Below are positions 51,404-61,718 of a DNA stretch of 64,000 nucleotides, in pieces. Both the position numbers and the translations under genes were made by a program. Within the stretch, counting starts at the first letter, position 1. Every line of letters begins with the position of its first letter. The notes beneath the pieces are model-generated. The model worked only from the letters and a program-made list of their open reading frames with translations. It was not told the DNA's origin and ran no database searches. This DNA comes from Patescibacteria group bacterium (GTDB lineage: Bacteria > Patescibacteriota > Saccharimonadia > CAILAD01 > JADZBC01). The stretch covers positions 18,345-82,344 of the forward strand of contig JBPOIL010000003.1 in assembly GCA_052034495.1 (NCBI GenBank), written 5' to 3'.

Positions 51404-52861
51404 CTAGCCTAAAGCAGAGATCGCGCTATCAATTCTAGTCTTTGACTCCTCTACCCCCAAGGTAGCGATGGTCTCAAAGAGGCCCGGCGCTGCGGTTCTA
51501 CCCGTTACGGCTACGCGAATGGCATAAAAAAACTTTCCTGTATGAATTTCTTTACTATCTACCACCTGGCGCAGGGCGCGCTCTAGCTGGTCGACTGAGC
51601 CATCAGTATCGTCAATGGCCGTCTTTGCATACCCGAGCCACCCCCCAACTTCACCGGTGTCGGCTTTTGCGGTCAGGAGGCTTAACCGCTCGCTATCCCA
51701 AGTTGGAGCAACGAAGAAGAATTCCACTATCTCTACAACATCGGCAAAGGTTTTAATCCTCTCTCGGTCTAGAAGAAGGACCTTGGAGATATAGGAATCA
51801 TCACGATTGACGCTATAGTCTGCTTTGGACAAGAATGCTTTGGCATGGCTTAGATAGTCTTGCTCACTGAGCACAGTGCGAATGTATTCCCCATTCATCC
51901 ATGTAAGCCTCTCGGCATCAAACACGGCTGGGCTTTTTTGAATTCGCTCAAGAGAGAAGGCATCGATCAGCTCTGCTTGAGTATAGACCTCTTTAGTGCT
52001 ACCTTCACCTTGATTCCAGCCGAGCATTGCCAAGAAGTTCACCACAGCTCCCGGAACGTAACCTTCATCGCGCAGCTCCAATGCCGACTTGGCACCGTGG
52101 CGCTTGCTTAGCTTTTTGCCACCACCTGGAGGAACCACCGCGGGCAGGTGAGCAAACTCAGGGTGCTCCCAGCCAAAAGCCTGGTAGAGCAGCACGTGCT
52201 TTGGCGTACTGGGAATCCATTCGTCTGCTCGCAGAACATGTGAAATCTCCATAAGGCGATCGTCTACCACGCTTGCAAACTGGTAGGTAGGGAATCCATC
52301 TGATTTAATTGCCACATAGTCATCGATATCATTTGAGTTGAATTCAAGCCTACCGCGGACCGCATCGTCCCAGGAGACCTTCTCGTCAGTCGGCACCTTG
52401 AATCTCAAAACGTGCGGGGCATTCGGATCCCCAGGGCTACCTAGACAGTGTCGGTCGTATTTAAAAGCAGCTTTCTGTTTTTGGGCCTGTTCGCGGAGCC
52501 CGGCTAACCGTTCAGCACTACACCAGCAGGGATAAAGATGGCCAGAGGCAACCAATTTGTCCGCATACTCCTTATAAATATCGAGTCGTTCAGATTGCGT
52601 ATACGGGCCATAGCCCTTGTCTGTGCCGCCTACTCCTTCATCTGGCGAGATGCCGAGCCATGAGAGAGAGGCTAGCAGATGGTCCTCGGCTTCGGGGACA
52701 AATCGCTCCCTATCGGTATCTTCGAGCCGCAGTATAAAATCGCCACCGTGCTTTTTTGCGTATAGGTAGTTAAATAGTGCCGAGCGTATACCGCCAATGT
52801 GTAAAAGGCCCGTGGGGCTTGGCGCAAATCTCGTTCTTACTTTCGGCGTCTGGATACTCAT
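51404..52861 (-). CDS. gltX: Glutamate--tRNA ligase
   Basis: RFAPSPTGLLHIGGIRSALFNY is the class I HIGH region and LSKRHG is the KMSKS motif. Confidence 0.9.
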   Translation of the reverse strand: MSIQTPKVRTRFAPSPTGLLHIGGIRSALFNYLYAKKHGGDFILRLEDTDRERFVPEAEDHLLASLSWLGISPDEGVGGTDKGYGPYTQSERLDIYKEYADKLVASGHLYPCWCSAERLAGLREQAQKQKAAFKYDRHCLGSPGDPNAPHVLRFKVPTDEKVSWDDAVRGRLEFNSNDIDDYVAIKSDGFPTYQFASVVDDRLMEISHVLRADEWIPSTPKHVLLYQAFGWEHPEFAHLPAVVPPGGGKKLSKRHGAKSALELRDEGYVPGAVVNFLAMLGWNQGEGSTKEVYTQAELIDAFSLERIQKSPAVFDAERLTWMNGEYIRTVLSEQDYLSHAKAFLSKADYSVNRDDSYISKVLLLDRERIKTFADVVEIVEFFFVAPTWDSERLSLLTAKADTGEVGGWLGYAKTAIDDTDGSVDQLERALRQVVDSKEIHTGKFFYAIRVAVTGRTAAPGLFETIATLGVEESKTRIDSAISALG

Positions 52862-52894
52862 GGTTATAAGTATAGCGAGATAAGGCCGCGCGGG

Positions 52895-53227
52895 CTAGTG
52901 CAAGAGATCTTCGGGCGATACTTCGACGGGGGTTTCCCCGTCCATGCGGTAGAAAATTACCTTGTGAGTAAGCTCGCTGGCATCATAGAGCACATGCGAA
53001 CTGGTTGCAACTCCAGTTTTGTTATAGGTAGTCTTCTTATCCACAATTGCTGGCGAGCTAATTCGCTCGATGCGGTAAGGCTGCCCACCACGCACAAAGT
53101 CTACGCGGTCGACTGTACTCCTGAGCTCGCGCTCCCCCTCAATTGCTTCCTCGAACTTGCGAGAGTGAGTAATGCCAAAATTAACGTCTATTCGATCAAT
53201 CAGGTCCTCCCAGGCTCGATCGCTCAT
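52895..53227 (-). CDS. Hypothetical protein (110 aa)
   Basis: ORF overlapping the upstream gene stop by 4 nt. Confidence 0.4.
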   Translation of the reverse strand: MSDRAWEDLIDRIDVNFGITHSRKFEEAIEGERELRSTVDRVDFVRGGQPYRIERISSPAIVDKKTTYNKTGVATSSHVLYDASELTHKVIFYRMDGETPVEVSPEDLLH

Positions 53228-54576
53228 AGGCTCGTGGCTAGCTTGATGACCTGATCCTGGCTTAAGCCATGATCGCTACCCTCGATACGATACCACGTAC
53301 CATTGTTCACCCAGCTAGCCTGATTGCCGTCATATAGGTAGATGGTAAGCCCCTGGGCTTGAAGGGCGAGGTAATTGTCTGATTTTGGAGCTACGTAGTT
53401 TTCAGCCAAGGCCTGTGAATCCCAACTCGTCTTCGATTCACTAACCTGGACGGCCTTGTCGCTCTTGGTATTGGAGATGTTGTAGCTAATATTCCCAGGA
53501 GAAGACTGAATATTACCGCTAAGCTTCCACCCGCTCGGTATGTATCCGGGGAAATTAGCGCTAATACCGGCTTTACTGCCCGCTACCTTTAGTGCGAGGT
53601 TTGGATAATTAACCTGCCATACATAGCCGCCAAGCAAAAGAAGGCCAACGAGGCTGAGCGCCACGCTACTCGCCTTTAGGCCTTTACCCGATTGTGTGGC
53701 TGGAGCAGGAGCTGCCTGACTGGTGGCATCCATAACAGAGGCTACTGCGGGCTGTGCTGGCGCAGCCTGGGCTGGTGCTGGGCTAGGCAATGGCTGGGCA
53801 GTAGGAGTCTGGCTGGGTACCGCAGATGTAGCGGGCATAGAGACAGGAGCTGCGGTAGGTATAGCCGCTGCAACCGTGCTTGGTGGTACTGGGGCGGGAG
53901 CTTGGGCAACGGGGGCGGGTTGTGCCCCGGGGCGAATGTCGCTAACTGCCTTCGGTAGCTTTGCCGATGAGGTCTGTGTTAGGTCTAGCTTGTAACTTGA
54001 CTGTTTTGGTGCCGCGGGCTCATCTTCAGGAGGGACTGTGGGCATTACTAGGTCCGAAGATGTATTCGCTAGTGCGTCAAGCGTTTCGTCGCTCATTACG
54101 GATTCACCTACTTTATCGTTCAGGGATCCCATTTCACTGTTAGACTTGTCTTCAGGTAATTCTGCCGACGCACTCGTGTCTTCGGAGCTAAACTTGGCAA
54201 TGCTCGGGCTTGATTGAGTGGATAGTGCGCTGTCCAGCTGGTCGGCCTTTAAGCGAGTCTGTACGGTGTCTTGAGCTGCTGTCGACTCCGAGCCGACTGT
54301 AGTCTGCGCTAAGCCGGGCATTTTATCTGCCAATTGTGCACTTACTGTAGGCATTTGAACAGAAGATATGTCAGAGGTAGCATGTGGTGCCACAGAGAGG
54401 CTCGGCGCCGGCGTAGATGATTGCTGAACCGATGGGTCGGCCTGCGCTGCTGACTGGGGTGTTCCGCAGTTCGCACAGAATGTCTTTCCGGCAATACTAA
54501 TTGTGTCCTGCTCGCTGCAGTTTGTACAATTTTGCGTAGTATTTCCTGTCTGATTCACACTGTCACCCTCACCCAT
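53224..54576 (-). CDS. Zinc-ribbon, disordered linker, single-TM, extracytoplasmic-domain protein (anti-sigma-factor-like topology)
   Basis: N-terminal CTNCSEQDTISIAGKTFCANCG, long S/A/P/Q-rich linker, TM ASSVALSLVGLLLLGGYVW and a C-terminal ~130-aa domain. Confidence 0.5.
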   Translation of the reverse strand: MGEGDSVNQTGNTTQNCTNCSEQDTISIAGKTFCANCGTPQSAAQADPSVQQSSTPAPSLSVAPHATSDISSVQMPTVSAQLADKMPGLAQTTVGSESTAAQDTVQTRLKADQLDSALSTQSSPSIAKFSSEDTSASAELPEDKSNSEMGSLNDKVGESVMSDETLDALANTSSDLVMPTVPPEDEPAAPKQSSYKLDLTQTSSAKLPKAVSDIRPGAQPAPVAQAPAPVPPSTVAAAIPTAAPVSMPATSAVPSQTPTAQPLPSPAPAQAAPAQPAVASVMDATSQAAPAPATQSGKGLKASSVALSLVGLLLLGGYVWQVNYPNLALKVAGSKAGISANFPGYIPSGWKLSGNIQSSPGNISYNISNTKSDKAVQVSESKTSWDSQALAENYVAPKSDNYLALQAQGLTIYLYDGNQASWVNNGTWYRIEGSDHGLSQDQVIKLATSL

Positions 54577-54630
54577 CCATGGTTATCTTAAGGTCATTCT
54601 ACACGAGATAAGCATGAGCGTAAAGAGGAA

Positions 54631-55524
54631 TTAGCCGCTTTTGACACTCCAATTTTTTCTAGCCTGTCTATGTACGGCCAAAATAAAACGAGGAATTGCT
54701 GCTTGTCGAATAATTCTGCTAGGCTGGCGCACAAGTCGCCACAACCACTCGAGGCCAAAGCGCCTCACCCAGGCAGGTGCACGGCTTATGGAACCCCCCA
54801 TTTCCTGGTAATCAAAGCTCCCTCCTTCTCCAATCATGACTTTAGCAAGACCGACCTCTCGAAATGTATCCATAAAGATCTCCTGACGCGGGAAGCCCAT
54901 GCCCACACATAGTAGGTCGAGCTTTTTTACTTGGATTTCCGGAATGACCTTAGACAATACCTTATCATTCTGCCAGGCTGTAAAGTCCATAGTCTTGGCG
55001 GAATTACTGTATCCGCTCCACACTTCTACTAAATCTAAGTCTGGCCAGCGCTTCCTCAGCTCACCTGCAATCACTTGTGGCGGATTTGTGCCGCCAATTA
55101 CCCCCACGCTCCAGCCTTCCTCTTGAGCACGATCAAACAATCTAGCCGTGTGCGTTATGCCGGCAAATTTTTCGGGCAGAATCTGGTCGCGCCAAGTATC
55201 TTTCTGGATCCAGCCCATGAGGCTGCGGACCAACTTGGCGAGACTTGGCTTTGTAGCAGGCTTGCCATACAGATAACTTGCGGCCCATTGAAGGGACACC
55301 CCGTCGGCCGCTACAAGATCCATTGTGCCCAAAATTGTTCGAACTTTAGGGTCGGTGTTGGCTTTTGACGCAAACTCAACATAGGGCTTAATCATGCAGA
55401 AAGATCTGCTGCTCTGCCCGCCTGTTATCTGCCTGGCCAAAGTATCTAATGATTCATCAATCGTAACAGCATCAATCTTCAAGCCCAGTATGTCATAACG
55501 ATTGGTTTTGTCTTGAGACTTCAT
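54631..55524 (-). CDS. WecB/TagA/CpsF family glycosyltransferase (GT26)
   Basis: YDILGLKIDAVTIDESLDTL...VAADGVSLQWAASYL family signature. Confidence 0.75.
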   Translation of the reverse strand: MKSQDKTNRYDILGLKIDAVTIDESLDTLARQITGGQSSRSFCMIKPYVEFASKANTDPKVRTILGTMDLVAADGVSLQWAASYLYGKPATKPSLAKLVRSLMGWIQKDTWRDQILPEKFAGITHTARLFDRAQEEGWSVGVIGGTNPPQVIAGELRKRWPDLDLVEVWSGYSNSAKTMDFTAWQNDKVLSKVIPEIQVKKLDLLCVGMGFPRQEIFMDTFREVGLAKVMIGEGGSFDYQEMGGSISRAPAWVRRFGLEWLWRLVRQPSRIIRQAAIPRFILAVHRQARKNWSVKSG

Positions 55525-55531
55525 GAATCCA

Positions 55532-56644
55532 TCACCCCATCACCTTGGCAACATAATCGGATAAATTCTTTGCAAACTCTTCTTTGGTAAACTTTTCAGC
55601 AACTTGCTGGACTGCCTTTTGCTGCCAAGAAGTGTTTTCTGCGCGTAGCACGGCGGCTTTAAGCTCGCTCATGGTAGGGCGATCAAAGATAATGCCAGAT
55701 ACGCCTTCCTGAACCGTTTCCATGAGGCCCCCACCCTTCAATGCGATCACTGGAGTCCCGAACGACATAGCCTCGACTGGAGTTATCCCAAAATCTTCGA
55801 TACTAGGAAAGATAAAGGCTTCTGCGCCAGCCATGAGCTCGTCGCGTCTCTGATCGTTAACACGCCCCTCGAAGACAATATTCTCCGCACCTTCAGCTAA
55901 TGCCACAAGCCTCTCCCGGTCCGGCCCATCTCCGGCTATTACGAGGTTCTTCCCGCTTGATTTGAAAGCGATTACGGCTAAATCGATATTCTTATACCTA
56001 CTGAGCACCGAAAGAACCAGGTAGTAAGGCTCCTCGCTGGGCAAATGATCTCGAGCTGGAGCGTCTACGGGCGGATAGAGCACTGGTGCTTCAACCCCAT
56101 AGAACTTCTTAATCCTCCTGGCGATGTAGCGGCTATTGCCGACAATCAAGTCAATATTACTCGCAGCATAATAGTCCCATAGGCGAAGCTGAGACGTCAT
56201 CTTGGTTATGAAGAACCTTTTTAGTGAGCCTAGCCATGAGTGCTTAATGTCTTTCGTATCGAGGTAGCCAGGCCAACTATCCCAAATCATTCGGGCCGGA
56301 GAATGACAATAAGACAGATGCTTAACCCCTTCCGGAATTCGCACGTTCTTTGACCAGGCAGTAGAGTTTGAAATCACCAAGTCGTAGCCAGCAAAATCAA
56401 ACGAAGCCACCGCTCGCCGCACAAGCGGCAGAAGGTATTGCGGGCGCTGCTTCAAGAAGCGTGGCATGTGCTGCAGGAATGACGTGCGGACCTTACGCAT
56501 GCCTAGGTATGGCCGGAACGTCTTACGATTGTAGGTAAGAGCAAAAAGATCGGCTTCGGGATACTGTTTCATAATCTCGAAGAGCACAAACTCCGCGCCA
56601 CCTACTTTTTGATTGAGCCAGTCATGCACAACTGCAACTCTCAT
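55532..56644 (-). CDS. Family-4 glycosyltransferase (GT-B)
   Basis: EGFGITPVEAMSFGTPVIA is the GT4 E-x7-E region. Confidence 0.8.
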   Translation of the reverse strand: MRVAVVHDWLNQKVGGAEFVLFEIMKQYPEADLFALTYNRKTFRPYLGMRKVRTSFLQHMPRFLKQRPQYLLPLVRRAVASFDFAGYDLVISNSTAWSKNVRIPEGVKHLSYCHSPARMIWDSWPGYLDTKDIKHSWLGSLKRFFITKMTSQLRLWDYYAASNIDLIVGNSRYIARRIKKFYGVEAPVLYPPVDAPARDHLPSEEPYYLVLSVLSRYKNIDLAVIAFKSSGKNLVIAGDGPDRERLVALAEGAENIVFEGRVNDQRRDELMAGAEAFIFPSIEDFGITPVEAMSFGTPVIALKGGGLMETVQEGVSGIIFDRPTMSELKAAVLRAENTSWQQKAVQQVAEKFTKEEFAKNLSDYVAKVMG

Positions 56645-57909
56645 GCGCTGCGGTTCCTCCCGATCCCCATCAAACTAAAAATAACAATCCCAAGCGTAGA
56701 ATCTGCCCAAGCGTGCAAGAACAGATTGGTAACAAGGAGGCCGCAAATGCTTGCTGCCAGAACTTGCCAAAAGAGGTCCTTGCTGCGTACCAGCTCAAAA
56801 ACATTTGCCCCAAAGAAGAGCAGGAATAATACAACGCCCAGAATACCGATTTCTATAGCTACCTGCAGATACCAGTTTTCAGTAATAACCGGCTGAGCGG
56901 AACGAAAGCTGGCAGGCCCAGCCGTACCGAGCCCATTGCCCCATGGGTGGTCTCTGACGGATTCAACTGCTGTATTGAGGGCAGTTATGCGGCCCGAATC
57001 CGAGCCTTCAATCTCTTGGGTCTGACTGTAGCGTCCGTGAAGCAAGAAGTATTGTAGCTGGGTATTCTGCAAACGAGCCGGCAATGTAGCGCTTATTGTT
57101 ATCAGCACAATTATGGCAGCGCCTACTAAGAAAGCAGTGGCGAACCTGATCAAGCGGTTGCCAAAAACGATTATTGCCACGAGAGCCGCAGTTGCCATTC
57201 CGAGCCAGGCACTGCGCGAAAACGAAAAAACAATACCAGAAAATGTCAGTATGGCACCAGCACCGAACTTAATCTGCTTCGTCCTGAAGAACATAGCGGC
57301 GCCTAAAAGTGTCGGCAGGATCAGGTAGGCGCCCATTTGGTTTGGACCGCCTAGAGTCGCGAAAGCTCGTATACTTTTTACTGCTGGGTCTACTAGTTGA
57401 AGTGGCCGAATCGTAACCTCACTGTACCCAATGGCACTCCACCAGTTCAAAGGAATTACGAACTCCTGCAGGATCGCCAATATTGAAACAACATATGCAG
57501 GCCACAGAATTAACTTACTTAGCGCACCCTCACTAAACTGCACTTTGCCCAACTGCATGATCAGATACAGTACCAAAGGCAATACAACCACTTTCAGCCC
57601 AAAAGCCGCCTGGACTGCCGGAACAGCTGAAATGATCGTGATAAATAGACCAAGGGCAATGAGCATAAGTGCACTAGTGTTAGCTGTGTCGAACCTAAAG
57701 GTGCGCCGCTTGGTTGATGCGAAGATGAAGACAGCCAAGCCGATCATGCCTATAATAAGCAGCTCTTTCCAGGCCTGCCAGTAAGCTTGGCCACCGATGA
57801 AGTACCCGAGAGAGATAGCCGCCATTGCATGAAACGGCATTCCAACCAAAAGTGCTACGACCCCGCCGTTCAGAACTCTAGATGGCAGTGTAGGTGTGGC
57901 AGATTTCAT
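56641..57909 (-). CDS. O-antigen ligase/polymerase-like (Wzy/WaaL family) polytopic membrane protein
   Basis: About 10-12 TM helices in a glycosyltransferase cluster with overlapping stop and start codons. Confidence 0.6.
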   Translation of the reverse strand: MKSATPTLPSRVLNGGVVALLVGMPFHAMAAISLGYFIGGQAYWQAWKELLIIGMIGLAVFIFASTKRRTFRFDTANTSALMLIALGLFITIISAVPAVQAAFGLKVVVLPLVLYLIMQLGKVQFSEGALSKLILWPAYVVSILAILQEFVIPLNWWSAIGYSEVTIRPLQLVDPAVKSIRAFATLGGPNQMGAYLILPTLLGAAMFFRTKQIKFGAGAILTFSGIVFSFSRSAWLGMATAALVAIIVFGNRLIRFATAFLVGAAIIVLITISATLPARLQNTQLQYFLLHGRYSQTQEIEGSDSGRITALNTAVESVRDHPWGNGLGTAGPASFRSAQPVITENWYLQVAIEIGILGVVLFLLFFGANVFELVRSKDLFWQVLAASICGLLVTNLFLHAWADSTLGIVIFSLMGIGRNRSA

Positions 57910-58913
57910 CGATTACTAATCACACTGCGCATGTAATCGTCTAGATTCTCAAGTGCGATCCCGGTGCCCTTTGCGACGCATAACAAGGGCTCCTCCGCCA
58001 CGTAGCTTGGAACCCCCGTTACCTTTGTCATGAGCTTGTCAATATTGCGCAGCAGAGCCCCGCCGCCCGTCATAACCATACCGCGATCTATAATGTCACT
58101 TGAAAGCTCCGGTGGTGTTTGCTCAAGTACCGCTCGAACTGCCAATATAATTTCATCAAGTGAATCACTCATTGCCTCGGTGATTTCAGTAGAGTTCAGT
58201 GTAATTGTTTTTGGCAGTCCAGCAACCATATCGCGGCCACGAATCTGCATAGTCATAGGCTTATCGAGTGGCAGGGCGCTGCCGATCTCTTTTTTTATTT
58301 CTTCGGCCGTTTGGTCCCCTACGACGAGGCTGTACTTTTTACGAACATAGTCTGCTATGGCTTGGTCGATCTTGTCACCACCTACGCGCACACTGTTCTG
58401 GGCTACGATGCCTCCGAGTGAGATAATTGCAACCTCGGTCGTTCCTCCACCGATATCTACTACCAAGTTTCCTGCTGGAGCAGCAATAGGCACCCCCGCT
58501 CCAATAGCTGCGGCAACCGGTTCGCGAATAATGTACGTGCGTTTGGCGCCTGCAGCAGAAGCAGCGTCGATAACTGCTCGCCGTTCAGTCGATGTAACTC
58601 CAGCCGGTACGCTAATCATCAGCTCGGGTCTTCCTAAACGGAAGCTACCGCTGACTTTATCAATGAAGTGTCGCAACATGGCCTGTGTAATTCGGTAGTC
58701 AGCTATTACGCCATCCTTCAGCGGCTTAGAAGCCGTGATAATGTCCGGCGTTCGACCCAGCATCTCGCGCGCCTCGTTGCCGATGGCGACTATCCGATTA
58801 TCATCTACACTGACTGCAACGACAGAAGGCTCGTTGGCGACAATGCCCTTTTTAGGAACATAAACAAGCGTGTTGGCAGTCCCTAGATCAATTGCAATGC
58901 GTTTTTTAAACAT
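57906..58913 (-). CDS. mreB: Rod shape-determining protein MreB
   Basis: IAIDLGTANTLVYVPKKGIVANEPSVVAV actin-fold N-terminus; 335 aa. Confidence 0.9.
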   Translation of the reverse strand: MFKKRIAIDLGTANTLVYVPKKGIVANEPSVVAVSVDDNRIVAIGNEAREMLGRTPDIITASKPLKDGVIADYRITQAMLRHFIDKVSGSFRLGRPELMISVPAGVTSTERRAVIDAASAAGAKRTYIIREPVAAAIGAGVPIAAPAGNLVVDIGGGTTEVAIISLGGIVAQNSVRVGGDKIDQAIADYVRKKYSLVVGDQTAEEIKKEIGSALPLDKPMTMQIRGRDMVAGLPKTITLNSTEITEAMSDSLDEIILAVRAVLEQTPPELSSDIIDRGMVMTGGGALLRNIDKLMTKVTGVPSYVAEEPLLCVAKGTGIALENLDDYMRSVISNR

Positions 58914-58949
58914 AGCCTTATTTTAGCAAGCGGATGAGGGCAAGGCCAG

Positions 58950-60203
58950 CTAATCTACCCGCTCCATGCTTGCGCCAAGGCTATTGAGTCGTTTATCGAT
59001 AAACTCATAGCCTCGATCAATGTGCTCAACTCGATCAATAACCGTTGTTCCTTCGGCGATCATCGCGGCCAGCAAGATTGTAGCTCCCGCACGGACGTCG
59101 AAGCTAATCACATCGGTACCATGCAACTTTGTCGGGCCTTTTAGAAAACCAACGTGAGGGCCCTCAATGCCTACTTCCGCACCCATGCGTTGCAGTTCAA
59201 AGAGGTAATTCAGCCTGCCCTCATACATGATTTCGAATATCTCAGATCTACCTTCGGCTTGTGTCATGAGTACTGCGAATGGAGCCTGCAGGTCACTTGG
59301 GAAGCCTGGATACGGCTGTGTTTGGATATCGACTGCCTTAAGTGCCCGTGAAGGCTTTATATGAATCGTCCTGTTATTAATCAGTGTAAAGTTCACTCCC
59401 ATTTCAGCGAACTTGAGAAGTAGCATGTCGTGGTCGCTGGCCACGAACTCCTCTATCACTACGTCCCCCATGCCGGCGGCAGCGGCAATAGCCAACGTTC
59501 CTGCTTCGAGCTGATCCGGGATTATCGTGCCTTCACCCTCATGGAGAGAATCGACTCCCTCTATATCCAGTACAAAACCACCGATCCCGGATATTTTAGC
59601 CCCTAGGCTATTCAGGTATTCGCACAGAGAGACTACATGAGGCTCGAGTGCAGCCAGCCTGACCTGCCTTCGACCCTTCCCTAACACAGCCGCCAAAACG
59701 GCGTTTTCGGTAGGCGTGACGGTGCGCTCAGCATTCACGACGCAGTCGCCCTCTACTTTGCCAGTCAACTTAACGCCCGTGTCACTTGTAATAATTTCAA
59801 GGCCTAGATCTTCAAAAATACGTCCGTGCACACCCAGGGAGCGCGCCCCGATAATGTCTCCGCCAGGCTGTGCAATTGATATCTTGCCGAGTCTGCCAAT
59901 TGCGCCGCCCAAGACAAGGAGGGAGGCTCGCATTTTCCGAGCATCCTGTAGGTACGCATCTGAAGCAGTTAAGTTGGTTGAGTCGATCGTCAACGTCGTA
60001 CCACTGCGAACAACCGTGGCACCCAAGTTTGTAAACATACTCGTCATAACTTCAACGTCTGATATATGAGGTACGTTATGCAGCTTCGTAACCCCTTTAA
60101 CCAGCAGACATGCGGCCATCATGGGCAGCACGTGATTTTTATTACCAGCCACTCTAATCGTTCCTTTTAGTACGGATGGTCCTTTAACTATGAGTTTAGA
60201 CAC
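58950..60203 (-). CDS. murA: UDP-N-acetylglucosamine 1-carboxyvinyltransferase
   Basis: 417 aa; MSKLIVKGPSVLKGTIRVAGNKNHVLPMMAACLL is the MurA N-terminus. Confidence 0.9.
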   Translation of the reverse strand: MSKLIVKGPSVLKGTIRVAGNKNHVLPMMAACLLVKGVTKLHNVPHISDVEVMTSMFTNLGATVVRSGTTLTIDSTNLTASDAYLQDARKMRASLLVLGGAIGRLGKISIAQPGGDIIGARSLGVHGRIFEDLGLEIITSDTGVKLTGKVEGDCVVNAERTVTPTENAVLAAVLGKGRRQVRLAALEPHVVSLCEYLNSLGAKISGIGGFVLDIEGVDSLHEGEGTIIPDQLEAGTLAIAAAAGMGDVVIEEFVASDHDMLLLKFAEMGVNFTLINNRTIHIKPSRALKAVDIQTQPYPGFPSDLQAPFAVLMTQAEGRSEIFEIMYEGRLNYLFELQRMGAEVGIEGPHVGFLKGPTKLHGTDVISFDVRAGATILLAAMIAEGTTVIDRVEHIDRGYEFIDKRLNSLGASMERVD

Positions 60204-60318
60204 GTGCTCTCCTTGGGTAATATAATTTGTCGAATCATTGTATCAGGCGTTGCCATACGGCACCATGCCCTGAATAGTTAACAAAACCAATAATTAAGAC
60301 TATAATCTAGACAATCTC

Positions 60319-61695
60319 ATGATATCTAAGCAGACTCAAAAAGCACTCACCTATATCTTTGCCATCCTTGCGATGGTTCTGGGCAGTATCTTCCTCGTGG
60401 CCATGGCGCAAGGCTACCGATACGACTTTCTGACGGGGCAAATTAAGGAGTCTGGGCTTGTACTGATCGATTCTCGGCCGAATGGCGCTGACATATACAT
60501 TAACGGCACCAGAAATAAGAATGCTACACCATACCGTCTGACAAACGCTCAACTGGGGCCCATGAACATTGAGCTTGTGAGGCCAGAATTTAGAGTCTGG
60601 AAAAAGTCACTTACTGTTGAAGCCCAACAGGTCAGTTTTGCAAATTATGCCTTGTTACTACCGCAAAAACTGGGTTATCAGGATTGGCTGCCAGAGTATA
60701 ATTTCGCGCAGATCGTCCAGTCCGGAGACCAACGTAGGTCATTTGCCATTTCTACTAAGCCGGAAACGGCCGTTTGGCAACTTAATGGGTCAGAAACACC
60801 TACGAAGTTATATACCCCGCAGCCCAATAGTGGTCCGCTAACTATCACCGATCTACGCGTTAACGAAAAAGGCTCGCGTCAAATTATTACGCAAACGAGC
60901 GGCACTGTTACTCAAACTATCGTAATAACGGATAAGGACTCATCACTGAACCTCACGGCCAATCTACAGGTTAGTGGTGGGAGTTTTGTATTCCACCCAA
61001 CTGACGATAATGCACTCTACTGGTTAAGCCCAGAAAAAGCCCTGCGTAGAATTGATATTGCAAGCCAAACTCTTGGGCCTGTTCTTGCACAGAACGTTCT
61101 GGCCTTTACCCCGTATGATAATCAAGTATTCGCGGTGCTTGGACCGGACGCAAATTCTACCAGGAACGCCCTGTGGCGTATCGACGGCTCAAATAGCGAT
61201 AAGTCCCGACGGCCGATACTCATACCTCAGAGCTCAACATACTCCCTTAAAAGAGATGAAGATCGCGCGGGCGAATACATTGCCATGCTCGCCCTTGAGA
61301 CGAAAGAGCTCGTTATTATCCGCGATCCTAACGGTCAAAAACCACTCACTGGATTATTGTCAAAGTCTGCCACAGCCTACACGATTAGCAATAATGGTCA
61401 AAGAATCATATACAACGCAGGCGACAAGCTCAAAACCTACGACCTAGAGCAGGCAGAACGTTTTGATTTTGGAGTAAGTTTGGCAAGTCTTCAGGCTTGG
61501 TCCTGGTACGACGACAACCATATTATAGTTGTGGCCAATGGGCAGTTAAGACTAATCGACTATGACGGCCAGAACGACCAGATTATTAGCGACCGAGGCG
61601 ACAATGTGGGCTTTAGTTCGTTCCGTCGCAGCGATGACATTATCTTCTATACAAACGCAGGGTTCTTAAAAGAAGTTAAACTTACTCAAGACTAA
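60319..61695 (+). CDS. PEGA domain-containing membrane-anchored protein with a repeat-rich C-terminal region
   Basis: TM anchor then LIDSRPNGADIYINGTRNKNATPYRL, the PEGA motif. Confidence 0.55.
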   Translation: MISKQTQKALTYIFAILAMVLGSIFLVAMAQGYRYDFLTGQIKESGLVLIDSRPNGADIYINGTRNKNATPYRLTNAQLGPMNIELVRPEFRVWKKSLTVEAQQVSFANYALLLPQKLGYQDWLPEYNFAQIVQSGDQRRSFAISTKPETAVWQLNGSETPTKLYTPQPNSGPLTITDLRVNEKGSRQIITQTSGTVTQTIVITDKDSSLNLTANLQVSGGSFVFHPTDDNALYWLSPEKALRRIDIASQTLGPVLAQNVLAFTPYDNQVFAVLGPDANSTRNALWRIDGSNSDKSRRPILIPQSSTYSLKRDEDRAGEYIAMLALETKELVIIRDPNGQKPLTGLLSKSATAYTISNNGQRIIYNAGDKLKTYDLEQAERFDFGVSLASLQAWSWYDDNHIIVVANGQLRLIDYDGQNDQIISDRGDNVGFSSFRRSDDIIFYTNAGFLKEVKLTQD

Positions 61696-61718
61696 CAATA
61701 TTAACTCGGCGCTGCCGG

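Noticed and set aside
53692-53995. Gly/Trp/Cys-rich + strand ORFs (88 and 90 aa)
   Set aside because: Antisense to the Ala/Pro/Gln-rich linker of the 53224-54576 gene.
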